A stretch of DNA of 64,000 nucleotides from Hypanus sabinus. Lineage: Eukaryota. The translations under genes and the position numbers were made by a program. This document shows positions 25,708-37,714 of this stretch, one piece after another. The stretch covers positions 171,740,001 to 171,804,000 of the forward strand of contig NC_082710.1 of the NCBI RefSeq assembly GCF_030144855.1, in the 5' to 3' direction. Each line of letters begins with the position of its first letter. Within the stretch, counting starts at the first letter, position 1. The notes beneath the pieces are model-generated. The model did not search any database, was not told where the DNA came from, and saw only the letters and a program-made list of their open reading frames with translations.

Positions 25708-26053
25708 GATGTGCTGAAGGAAGCATAACAATCATCCACTCGCCTCAGCAGGTCGCCGTTGCTGAAGCAGAGACGTTGCAGATCATGTGTATTTTCAGTC
25801 ATGCTACAAGTTATTCAGAGATCAATGCAATTGGAGCAATCAGATGGTACAACGAAGTGGCAACATGTTCCGTTTCCGATAACTGCACCTGGTATAATGT
25901 CCGCTTCCGGGAACATAGTTCACCTGAAATTCCAAGAGCATCTCTCGATGTATCCGACTTCAGAATGAAAAATGCAAGACAGTGTTAATGTGGATGTTTC
26001 CATGGATCAAATATACGTTGGAAACGGACAGCCGGAAGGTTACACTGCCTAAC
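25708..26053 (+). pseudogene. Pseudogenised NKp30/NCR3-like Ig V(J) exon
   Basis: Phase-1 acceptor tttatag|GA. Translation GCAEGSITIIHSPQQVAVAEAETLQIMC..IGAIRWYNE..SVSD..YNVRFR..SLDVSDFRMKNARQC*C aligns with the intact V exon at 54855. TAA at 25986-25988 falls in the YYC motif. Frameshifts occur before and after a YVGNG J-like motif, and the donor is degraded (aac|gtttac). Confidence 0.8.
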
Positions 26054-26379
26054 GTTTACATTCATTGTTTGGAGCATCTGTCTCAACAACGCCGCTATAG
26101 CATGCTAAAAGAAAGTAAAGCTATTGCAAATATAGGGAAAGAAATTTCGGCTATTAATAACTATTAATAGTTACAACATATGAGTGAGAATTCAAATATT
26201 TACATAGCGATAATTAGCAAATGATCACAGATAATCCGATAAAAATTAAAGGATAAGATAGGCGTAATTTCTGAGAATACACGGATGTCAGGCAGAAAGA
26301 TTGCTTTATACTATTACAAAATAGTAACGGTACTGAAAGAGGCATTCTGTGGGTGTTGGCCGATAAAGATCTGCATAAG

Positions 26380-27322
26380 GGCACCAAATTTCTTCGTGTT
26401 CACCTGGGGGAGAATCTCACCTGGTCCTTCAACACCATCTTCTTAGCACAGAAAGCCCAGCAGCGTCTCTACTTTCTGCGAAGGCTGAGGAAAGTCCATC
26501 TCCCACCCCCCCATCCTCATCACATTCTACAGGCGTTGAATTGAGAGCATCCTGAGCAGCTGCATTCACTGCTTAGTTCGGAAATTGCACCATCTCGGAT
26601 CGCAAAACCCTGCAGCGGATAGTGAGGTCAGCTGAGAAGATCATTGGGGTCTCTCTTCCCACCATTACAGACATTTACACTACTCGCTGCATCCGCAAAG
26701 CAAACAGCATTCTGAAGGACCCCACGCACCCCTCAAACAAACTCTTCTCCCTCCTACCATCTGGGAAAAGGCACTGAGGAATTCGGGCTCTCACGACCAG
26801 GCTATGTAGCAGTTTCTTCCTCCAAGCTATCAGACTCCTCAATACCCAGAGCCTGGACTGACATCAACTTACTGCTCTCTACTGTGCCTATTGTCTTGTT
26901 TATTATTTGTTGTAATGGCTGCACTGTTTTGTGCACTTTATGCAGTCCTGGGTAGTTCCGTAGTCTAGTGTAGTTTTTCTCTGTGTTGTTTTTTTTTACG
27001 GTAGTTTAGTGTAGCTTTTGTACTGTTTCATGTAGCTCCATGGTCCTGAGAAACGTTGTCTCCAATTTAATGTGTACTGTACCAGCAGTTATAGACAATA
27101 GACAATAGACAATAGGTGCAGAAGTAGAGCATTCGGCCCTTCAAGCCTGCACCGCCATTTTGAGATCATGGCTGATCAATTCCTATCAATACCCGGTTCC
27201 TGCCTTGTCCCCATATCCCTTGATTCCCCTATCCATAAGATACCTATCTAGCTCCTTCTTGAACGCATCCAGTTATGGTCGAAATGACAATAAAAGTGAC
27301 TTGACTTGACTTGACTTGACTT
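26380..27322 (+). mobile_element. Rex-Babar LINE 3' portion
   Basis: KFLRVHLGENLTWS..KAQQRLYFLRRLRK motif, 3' UTR with aataaaa and a (tgact)n tail at about 27297-27322. Confidence 0.85.
27093..27269 (-). mobile_element. CR1 3' tip inserted in the Rex-Babar 3' UTR
   Basis: (agacaat)n tail. TSD CAGTTAT at 27086-27092 and 27270-27276. Closely matches the tail of the CR1 at 53500-53670. Confidence 0.85.
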
Positions 27323-27869
27323 GATAGCACAGATCCGTGCCCCTGAGATTCATTTGCTTCCATTGCACATCAAGGTTCGTTGTAAATTTCGTCAGTGCGC
27401 TCTGCCCATTAACCGCTCAGGCATGAAGCTCGAGAAGCCGGACAACTTCCTCAACAAAGTCCTTTACCTGTTTAGTGCAAAGTCATCTAATACAGCTGTC
27501 CTTTCGAACCTCTGTTCAATTTCCTTCTCCGCAGAATTGCGCCAGTTATTCTCCGCATCTCCTCCGAATCCTTGTTTTATCTTACATTCCCTGTATCCGC
27601 AAAATCATTTTCTAACTCTACAAAATCCTCCGGATTGTGCTAATTTACTTAGTATAATGTAGAGAGAAAGAAAAAGTAGCAAACGAGAGACAATGAAAGA
27701 ATGTCTAAATCGTGTAAGGTATTTCCACAAACTACCCTGAAACTAGAGTGGTACTGGAAGTGTGAACCCTGCAGAATTTTCTCTATTTCTGCATAAATAT
27801 GACCTAAATATGCTGACCATCCTTCTGCATAAATATGGCCTCATCACGGCAGTATAGGAGGTAATTACT

Positions 27870-29540
27870 CGACATGAGTGAATGGGAAAGGGAAATGGAA
27901 TTAAAATGGTGGTCAGATCTTCACAGAAGTCCTAAAGCTAGACGCCTCTGCCACCGCATCTTAGAGTTCGATCCACGCACTTATCACTCTGTAAAAAACG
28001 TACCCCTGACATTTCCCCAATGTTTTCCTCCAATCACCTTAAAGTTATGCCTCAAGTTGCAGCAATATAGAACCCTGGTCAGACTCCACTTGCAGTTCTG
28101 TGCTCAGTTCTGGTTTCCTCACTACAGGAAGGATGTGGAAACCATAGAAAGGGTGCAAAGGAGTTTTACAAGATGTTGCCTGGATTCGGCAGCGTGCCTT
28201 ATGAATACAGGTTGAGTAAACTTGTTCTTTTCTTCTTGGAACGACGGAAGATGAGAGGTGACCTGATAGAGGTATATAAGATGATGACAGGCGTTGGTTG
28301 TATGGATAGTCAGAGGCTTTTTGCCAGGGCTGAAATGGTTGCCACAAGAGGACACAGGCTTAAAGTGCTGGGGAGTAGGTACAGAAGAGATGTCAGGGGT
28401 ACTCAGAGAGTGGGGTCTGACCAGGGTCCTATAGAACTGCAACATTACCTCTCGCCTCCTAAATTCAATTTCACAATTGATGAAGACCAATACGCCATTC
28501 GACTTCTTAACCACCGAGTCAACCTGCGCAGCTGCTTTGAGCGTCCTATGGACTCGAACCCCAAGATCCTTCTAATTCTCCACACTGCCAAGAGTCTTAC
28601 CATTAATACTGTATTCTGCCATCACATTTGACCTACCAAAATATGTGGCACTAGCCAGGAGGGCTGAAGGGCTAAGGGGAATCTTGCCATTAGTACTATA
28701 TTCTGACATCATATTTGACCTATCAGAATGAACCATCTCACACTTATGCCAATGTTTTTTTTGAAATATCATTATTAATGCCTACACAATCTCTACTAGT
28801 ACCTCTTTCAGAAAGTTACGGTGCAATTCATCTGGTCTGGGTGACTTACGTACGTTTAGGTCTTTCAGCATTTTGAGCACCTTCTCCCTTGTAATAGTGA
28901 CTGCAGTCAATTCTCTTCCCCCAGACCTTTCAACATCTGGCACACTGCTTTTACCTTCCACAATGAAGACTGATGGAAAATAAACAGTTAGTTCATCAGC
29001 CATCTCCTGTTCCACCGTTATAATTTCTCCGGCCTCATTTTCTATAAGTCCCATATCCATTCTCATTTCTCTTCTGTTCTTATATACTTGAGAAAACATT
29101 TTCTATCTACCTTGAAACTATTTGTTGCTTGCTTTCGTGTTTCGTCGTTTCTCTCCTAATGATTCTTTTAGTTGCTTTATGTAAACGCTTCCCAAAATTA
29201 TATCTTCCCGTTAATTTTGAATTGTTGATTTTTTGTATGTTCTCTCTTTTGCTTTTACATTAGCTTTGACTTCCCTCGTGAGCCACGGTTGTACTATTTT
29301 GCTATTTCAATATTTCTTTGTTTTTGGTATACATATAGTTCACAACTTCCTCATTCCTCCCAGAAACTCAAGCCATCGATGTTCTGCGTCTTCTCTGCCA
29401 GCATCTCCATCCTATTTACTTTGGCCAAATCCCCCCTCATATCACTGTAATTTACTTTACTTCACTGAAATACTGTACTGCTATGTCAGACTTTACTTTC
29501 TCCCTATGAAACTTTAAGTGGCAGTCAATCATAATGTGAT
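27870..29540. mobile_element. CR1 fragments in alternating orientation
   Basis: Minus 3' piece to about 28060, plus piece about 28066-28402, minus RT pieces 28411-28770, and minus linker 28782-29500 (EAGEIITVEQEMADEL). Confidence 0.8.
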
Positions 29541-29559
29541 CCCAGCCTTCTCAGGGTTG

Positions 29560-32500
29560 CTCCTAAGCCTGTGGAAAGAGGCCAGTGAGTGAGTTGGCCA
29601 GTGAAGGAGTGGAAATTTGAGGCTTTGACTCGAGAGGCTTCGAAGGGAAGAGGCTGAGGACGAGCTTCACTCCAAGTGAGGTAAGGCCGTGTAAGTTCCT
29701 TTCAAAGGAGAAAGTTTCAAAAGTGAGGCAAGTATTAGGTAGGTCATGGCAGCTGAGATCGGCTCCGTGGTTTGTTCATCCTGCAGCATATGGGAAATCA
29801 GGGATAATTCCAGTGTCCCTGACGACGATGTGTGCAGGAAGAGTGTCGAACTGCAGCTTCTGGCAGACCGTATTCAGCGTCTGGAGCTGTGACTGGATTC
29901 ATACTGAAGCATCCGCGATGCTGAGAAAGTCGTGACTAGCACGTTCAGTGAGTTGGCCACAACGCAGGTAAAGGCTACACAGGCAGAAAGGGAAGGGGTG
30001 GCCACCAGACAGCATCGCAGTAGGCAGGTAGTGCAGGAGTCCCCTGAGGTCATCTCTCTCCTAAACAGATATACTGTTTTGGATACCGTTGGGGGGAGAT
30101 GTCTCATCAGGGGAAGGCAGCAGCAGCCGAGTTCATTACACCATGGGTGGCTCTGCGGCACAGGAGGGAAGGAAAAGGAGTGGGAGAGCTATAGTGATAG
30201 GGGATTCGATTGTAAGGGGAATAGATAGGCGTTTCTGCGGCCACAAACGATACTCCAGGATGGTATGTTGCCTCCCTGGTGCAAGGGTCAAGGATGTCTT
30301 TGATCGGCTGCAGGACATTCTGGAATGGGAGAGTGAACAGCCAGTGGTCGTGGTGCACATAGGTGCCAACGATATAGGTAAAAAACGGGATGAGGTCCTG
30401 CAAGGTGAATTTAAGGAGTTAGGAGATAAACTAAAAAGTAAGACCACAAAGGTAATAATCTCTGGATTACTACCAGTGACACGTGCTAGTCAGAGTAGAA
30501 ATAGGAGGATATTTCAAATGAATACGTGGCTTGAAAATGGTGCAAGGGGGAGGGATTCAAATTTCTGTGGCATTGGAACCAGTTTTGGGGGAGGTGGGAC
30601 CGGTATAAATAGGACGGAAGCGTTTGCTGCTGCTGTTCAGGAAGCTTTAAACTAATGTGGCAGGGGGATGGGAACAAGTGCAGAGAGACAGAGGGGTGTA
30701 AAATGAGGGTAGAAGCAAAAAGTAGTAAGGTGAAAAGTAAAAGTGGCAGGCAGGCAAATCCAGGGCAAAAAGTAAAAAGAGCCACTTTTCAACATAATTG
30801 TATAAGGGCTAAGAGTGATGTAAAAACAAGCCTGAAGGCTTTGTGTGTCAATGCGAGGAGCATTCGTAACAAGGTGGATGAATTGAATGTGCAGATAGTT
30901 ATTAATGAATATGGTATAGTTGGGATCACAGAGACATGGCTCCAGGGTGAAGAAGGATGGGAGCTCAACATACAGGGATATTCAATATTCAGGAGGGATA
31001 AACAGGAAAGAAAAGGAGGTGGGGTAGCTTTGCTGGTTGGAGAGGAGATTAATGCAATAGAAAGGAAGGACATTAGCCTGGAGGATGTGGAATCGATATG
31101 GGTAGAGCTGCATAACACAAAGGGGCAGAAAACGCTGGTGGGTGTTGTGTACAGGCCACCTAACAGTAGTAGTGAGGTTGGGGATGGCATTAAACAGGAA
31201 ATTAGAAATGTGTGCAATTAAGGAACAGTAGTTTTAATGGGTGACTTCAATCTACATATAGATTGGGTGAACCAAATTGGTAAGGGTGCTGAAGAAGAGG
31301 ATTTCTTGGAATGGATGCGGGATGGTTTTCTGAACCAACATGTCGAGGAACCAACTAGAGAGCAGGCCATTCTAGATTGGGTATTGAGCAATCAGGAAGG
31401 GTTAGTTAGCAATCTTGTCGTGCGAGGTCCCTTGGGTAAGAGTGACCATAATACGGTGGAATTCTTCATTAAAATGGAGAGTGACATAGTTAGTTCAGAA
31501 ACAAAGGTTCTGACCTTAAAGAAGGGTAACTTTGAAGGTATGAGACGTGAATTAGGTAAGATAGACTGGCAAATGACACTTAAAGGGTTGACGATGGATA
31601 TGCAATGGCAAGCATGTAAAGATCCCATGGATGAACTACAACAATTGTTCATCCCAGTTTGGCAAAAGAATAAACCAGGGAAGGTAGTACACCCGTGGCC
31701 GACAAGGGAAATCAGGGATAGTATCAATTCCAAAGAAGAAACGTATAAATTAGCAAAAAAAAAAAAAGCGGCGCACCTGAGGACTGGGAGAAATTAAGAG
31801 ACCAGCAGAGGAGGACAAAGGGCTTAATTAGGAAAGGGAAAAAAGATTATGAGAGAAAGCTGGCAGGGAACATAAAAACTGACTGTAAAAGATTTTATAG
31901 ATACGTGAAAAGAAAAAAGATTGGTCAAGACAAATGTAGGTCCTTTACAGTCAGAAACAGGTGAATTGATCATAGGGGACAAAGAAATGGCAGACCAATT
32001 GAATAACTACTTTGGTTCTGTCTTCACTAAGGAGGACATGAATAATCTTTCGGAAATAGTAAGGGACCGAAGATCCAGTGAGATGGAGGAACTGAGGGAA
32101 ATACATGTTAGTAGGGAAGTGGTGTTAGATAAATTGAAGGGATTAAAGGCAGATAAATCCCCAGGGCCAGATGGTCTGCATCCCAGAGTGCTTAAGGAAG
32201 TAGCCCAAGAAATAGTGGATGCATTAGTGATAATTTTTCAAAACTCCTTAGATTCTGGATTAGTTCCTGAGGAATGGAGGGTGGCAAATGTAACCCCACT
32301 TTTTAAAAAAGGGGGTAGAGAGAAAGCAGGGAATTATAGACCGGTTAGTCTGACATCGGTGGTGGGGAAAATGCTAGAGTCAGTTATCAAAGATGTGGTA
32401 ACAACACATTTGAAAAGAGGTGAAATCATAGGACAAAGTCAGCATGGATTTGTGAAAGGAAAATCATGTCTGACAAACCTGATAGAATTTTTTGAAGATG

Positions 32501-33630
32501 TAACTAGTAGGGTGGATAGGGGAGAACCAGTGGATGTGATATATTTAGATTTTCAAAAGGCTTTTGACAAGGTCCCACACTGGTGATTAGTGTGCAAACG
32601 TAAAGTACCCGGTGTTGGGGGTATGGTATTGATGTGGGTAGAGAATTGGTTTGGAGACAGAAAGCAAAGAATGGGAGTAAACGGGACCTTTTCAGAATGG
32701 CAGGCAGTGACTAGTGGGGAACCGTAAGGCTCAGTGCTGGGACCCCGGTTGTTTACAATATATATTAATGACGAGGGAATTAAATGCAGCATCTCCAAGT
32801 TTGTGGATGACACGAAGCTGGGCAGTGGTAATAGCTGTGATGAGGATGTGCAGAGGATGCAGGGTGACTATCTGAACGGTGTCCGATTAGGAAAAGGGGA
32901 GGTGCAACGAGACCAGGGTGTCATTGTACACCAGTCATTGAAGGTGGGCGTGCAGGTACAGCAGGCGGTGAAAAAGGCAATTGGTATGTTGGCATTCGTA
33001 ACAAAAGGATTTGAGTACAGGAGCAGGAAAGTTCTACTGCAGTTGTACAAGGCCTTAGTGAGAACGCACCTAGAATATTGTGTGCAGTTTTGGTCCCCTA
33101 ATCTGAGGAAAGACATCCTTGCCATAGAGGGAGTACAAAGAAGGTTCACCAATTTGATTCCCGGGATGGCAGGACTTTCATATGGAGAAAGACTGAATCG
33201 ACTAGGCTTATTCTCGCTGGAATTTAGAAGATTGAGGGGGGATCTTATTGAAACGTATAAAATTCTAAGGGATTGGACAGGCCGCTAGATGCAGGAAGAT
33301 TGTTTCCGATGTCGGGAAAGTCCAGAACGAGGAGTCACAGTTTAAGGATAAAGGGGAAGCCGTTTAGGACCGAGATGAGGAAAAACTTCTTCACACAGAG
33401 AGTGCTGAATCTGTGGAATTCTCTGCCACAGGAAACAGTTGAGGCCGGTTCATTGGCTATATTTAAGAGGAAGTTAGATATGGCCCTTGTGGCTAAAGGG
33501 ATCAGGGGGTATGGAGAGAAAGCAGGTACAGAGTTCTGAGTTGGATGATCAGCCATGATCATACTGAATGACGGTGCAGGCTCGAAGGGCCGAATAGCCT
33601 AATCCTGCACCTATTTTCTATGTTTCTATG
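29560..33630 (+). mobile_element. Near full-length CR1 LINE (ORF1 zinc finger/SGNH esterase; ORF2 APE endonuclease and RT), inactivated
   Basis: ORF1 has CSSCxxW..CRK and VIGDSIVRG..CCLPGARV..VHIGANDIG..VIISGLLP. ORF2 has NARSIRNK, GITETW, YRPPN, MGDFN, NYRPVSLTS and FVDDTK. It carries frameshifts and an internal RT deletion near 32870. Tail ttctatgtttctatg. Confidence 0.95.
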
Positions 33631-33689
33631 CTTTATATTAAACTCCTTAATGGCATCCTGTTCATTATATAACACCCAATCCATTATAC

Positions 33690-34470
33690 CTGATCCCCTA
33701 GTAGACTCCAGGACAATTTGCTCTAAACATTCAACAAGTCGACTCCCTTGAGATCTATTACCAACCTAATTTTCCCAATCTACTTGCATGTTAAAATCTC
33801 CCATGACTATTATAACATTTCCCTTTTGGCACGCCTTTTGTATTTCCCTTTTCAAATCTGCAGTCCACATCCAGCTACTGTTTGCAGGTCTGTATATGAT
33901 TGGCATCCTGGTCCTTGCATTTTCTTAACTCTGCCCACAAGGATGCAATATCTTCCAATCCTATGTCACATCTTTCTACTAATTGGATGCAATTTCTTAC
34001 GAGCAGAGCTATGCCACCCCTCCATCTACCTTCCTATCTGTCTGATAAACGTGTCACCAATTATACCCATCAGCTCCCAACATTCAGCTCCCAATTATAC
34101 CCATCCTTCAGCCCGATTCTGTGATGGCCACAACATCATACCTGACAATCTGTAATAGTGCAACAAGATTATCCACCTTGTGTCTTATAATCAATGCATC
34201 CAGTTATAACACTTTGAATACTGTACTTGCTACCCTTTTTGATTCTGCATCCCTAATGCACCGATACTCACCCTGGTGGCTGCAATTGTGTCCTATCATC
34301 TGCCTGCACTTCCTGACAATCTGACTGCATGATGTCTTTGCTGTTTTACCATCCCGAGTCCTTTCTCTCGTGCTGCCACCACCCCACCCCCGACAAATTA
34401 GATTAAACTTCTTTCCTACACCTTGCAAGATGCTCCCAAAAATTCCAGCCATTGCTGCCCTGCCGTCATC
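33690..34470 (-). mobile_element. Old CR1 endonuclease-region fragment
   Basis: Homologous to the reverse strand of other CR1 EN regions (e.g. 6900-7190 and 57880-58480). Confidence 0.6.
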
Positions 34471-35029
34471 CCTGCTGGTGTTTCCTTCCAATCAATTTCG
34501 GCCAGCTTCTCTGCCGTGCCTCGGTAAATGCTTTCAACAACCGTAATAGTGAAACAGCTGACGTTCGCTTCTCCTTTTCGAACTTCAGGGAGAAAACTAT
34601 CTTTTATTGACCACTGGCACCAAAGGTTTCCTTTATGTTCAGCTCTCTGATCATTTCGGATTCACTGCATAAACCCCAATCCAGGATAACGAATCCTCTA
34701 GTGGAATTAACCACAAGATGTCCTAAATAGACAACTCATAGGCATTATACAAGCTACACCGCTTAGGATGCGGCACCAAACATTTTCCCATGTAACTGCA
34801 TATTGAAGTCTCCCAGGACTATCGTAACATTGCCATATTGACATGCATTTTGTATCTCCCATTGCAATTTGTAGACCACACGTTTACTGCTGTCTGGCTG
34901 ACTCTATATAACTTCTATCTTAATCTTTTAACCCTTGCATTTTATTAGCTCTACCGAATGCGATTCTAAACATTTCGATCCTCTGTCAGATCTTGTGTTA
35001 AGTATCCCGATCACGTGTGTTCTATGTAA

Positions 35030-36245
35030 AACACACACGCACGCACACCGTGCTGGAGGAACTGGGCAGGTCAGTCAGCATTCATGGAAATGAATAAAGC
35101 GCAGATGGGTCGGGACGAAGCCCTTCATTTGGACTGGAAATGATTGGTGAGGAGGTAAAAACTACCACAAGAAGGTAGGGTGGTGAAGGTAAACAAGCTA
35201 ATGAAGAGTAGGGGAGCAGCAGTGATCACGGAGTGGGTGTACTGAGAGAATGGATCACTCCTGTCGTTCTAATGGCCTTCTACGCGTCTGGTTTCAGTGA
35301 AGCGTGTGGACTTTTTCCCCAGCTCCACTGAAGGAGATGCAAGACCAAGTAAGACCATCAGGCATATGAGCAGAAACAGGCCATTTGGCCCATCGAGTCT
35401 TCTCCGCCACTCAATCATGGCTGATCCATCCCCACCCCCCACCTTCATAACCCCACTCCCCGGCCTTCTGCCCGAAATCTTTATGCCGTATCCAATGAAC
35501 AAACTATCAATCTCTGCCTTATATAAACAGCAGCTTGTGGTAATAAATTCCACAAATTCCCCACCCTTTTTCTAAAGAAGTGTCTACGCATCCCTTTTTT
35601 AAAAGGACGCCCCTCTATCCTGAGGCTCTGGCCTCTTGTCTTAGACTCCCCCACCATGTGAAACATAATTTCCACATCTACGCTGTCCAGGCTTTTCAGC
35701 ATTCGCAAGGTTTCAATGGAATCAGCCCTCATCCAATAATTAGTTTTTCTGTCACAGGAGTCGGTATTGGGACTCTAGCTATTGGTGGTTTATATAAATC
35801 ATTTGGATGCGAATGCACAATACTTCAAAGTCCAAAGTAAAATTTATTACCATAGTATATACTGTATATGTCATCATTTAAACCCTGACATTCTTTTATT
35901 TTGCAGACTTAGCATATTTGTTTTATAAGCTTGGGGATGATACTAAATTAAGCGGTGTTGTTGATAATAAACAACATTATCATAGATTAAATGGGAATCG
36001 TAATCAGTGGGAGAAATGGACCGAAAGTGGATCCCATTGAAGCGTCGCTCCAAGTGGAAACAGGGACGATTACCAGCACGACGTGGGAAGCAGTATGCGA
36101 GCGAGAACGGAAAGTTGCAGTCGGCAAATGGAATCAGGTGGAAGAGAGTGTGGAAGATAGCTAGGCAGATGATAGGTATGACAAGTTGGGATGGAATCAT
36201 GGGCCGAGAGATTCAAAGGGGTAGAGATGTGGGCGCCGGGGCGAT
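35030..36245 (-). mobile_element. Decayed Penelope-like 3' region, split by a CR1 3' fragment (about 35330-35720)
   Basis: pLTR-like start (gtgctggaggaactgggcaggtcag). Sequence 35950-36240 is homologous to the GIY-YIG end and 3' UTR of the element at 48050-48530. Confidence 0.6.
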
Positions 36246-36247
36246 AA

Positions 36248-36885
36248 ACCATAGAACCATAGAACGCTAGAGCACTGTACAGACCCTTCGGCTCTCCATG
36301 TTGTGCTGACCCATATAATCCTTTAAAAAAGTATTAAATCCTCACTACCCCATAACCCTTAATTTTCCTTTCATCCATGTGCCTGTCCAAGAGGCTCTTA
36401 AATACCGCTAATGTTTTAGCCTCCACCACCATCCCTGGCAAGACATTCCAGGCACTCACAACCCTCTGTGTAAAAAACCTCCCTCCCTTAATTTTGTACA
36501 TATGCCCTCTGGTGTTTGCTGTTGGTGCCCTGGAAAACAGGTACTGATTATCCACCCTATCTATGCCTCTCATAATTTGTAGACCGCTATCAAGTCCCCT
36601 CTCATTCTTCTACGCTCCAAAGAGAAAAGTCCCAGCTCTGCTAACCTTGCTTCATATGACTTGTTCTCTCTTGGCAACATCCTGGTAAAACTCCTCTGCA
36701 CCCTCTCCACAGCTTCCACATCCTTCCTATAATGAGGTGACCAGAACTGAACACAATACTCTAAGTGCGGTCTCACCAGAAATTTGTAGAGTTCAACATG
36801 ACCACTCTACTCTTGAACTCAATCCCCCTGTTAATAAAGCCTAGCATCCCCTAGGCCTTCTTAACTACGCTATCAACCTGTGCAT
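36248..36885 (-). mobile_element. CR1 3' end
   Basis: Tail accatagaaccatagaac. ORF 36570-36776 ([15 protein letters not shown]). Same subfamily as 58990-60205. Confidence 0.9.
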
Positions 36886-37714
36886 AAATAATAAATCATA
36901 AATTTATAAAAGGAACATCTGTGTACACATCAACCTCCCTAAAAGTAGGGAGAAAAGAAGTAGACGGGGAGGAGAGCAACAGGGTATGGGTCAAATAAAA
37001 TTATAGATGTCAGTGTTCATATAGTGCAAACTATCAACCAGTTGGCAGATAAAATAGTTTACTTCCAATTCCTCTTTGGAATGTACAAGCAATTGATAAG
37101 GAGGGGGTAGAAAGGTCGGTGTGTGAGTGAAAAGGAGAGTTAAGGTGACATTAACAGTCTGCCACTATTTAGGAAATTTTATGAAAATATGCGGTTTTAA
37201 TAATTTTGTTCCTCGTCTAGAATTATTCTTTGAAATGATCGGTGCCGCACTGAAATAGTTGAACCAATGTCATCCACTTTTCGGGCAAGCTAGAGGTGTG
37301 CGGAAAGTCGCAGGCTTTTTCCCAGGGGCTGAAATGGCTGACACATGTATTGAGCCTCTTCTCTACGAAAGGACGTGCTGGTCTTGGCCAGGAACGTTTG
37401 ATTGTTCTGGGACTTTACTCGCTTGTGTTTAGAAATATGAAGGAGAATCTCAGAGAAACCTATCGAACATTGAATGGCTCAGATAAAATGGCAGTGGTGA
37501 GGATGTTTCTTATAATAGATGAGTCCAGGACTAGACGATACTGTCTCAGTATAGAAGGACTTCCTTTCTAAACCGATATGGGAGAATTTATTTAGCCAGT
37601 AGATGGCGAATCTGTAAAATTCATTCGCAAAGATGTCTGTGGAGGCCATGTCATATCGTATACTTAAAGCGGACGTTGCTGGTGTCTTGATTAGTAAGGA
37701 CTGGAAAGGGTTTG

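Noticed and set aside
27531-27662. LLRILVLSY / ILRIVLIYLV Arg-containing hydrophobic pieces after the dead V exon
   Set aside because: They are not in the phase required by the V donor and are interrupted by stops, so they cannot be told from chance.
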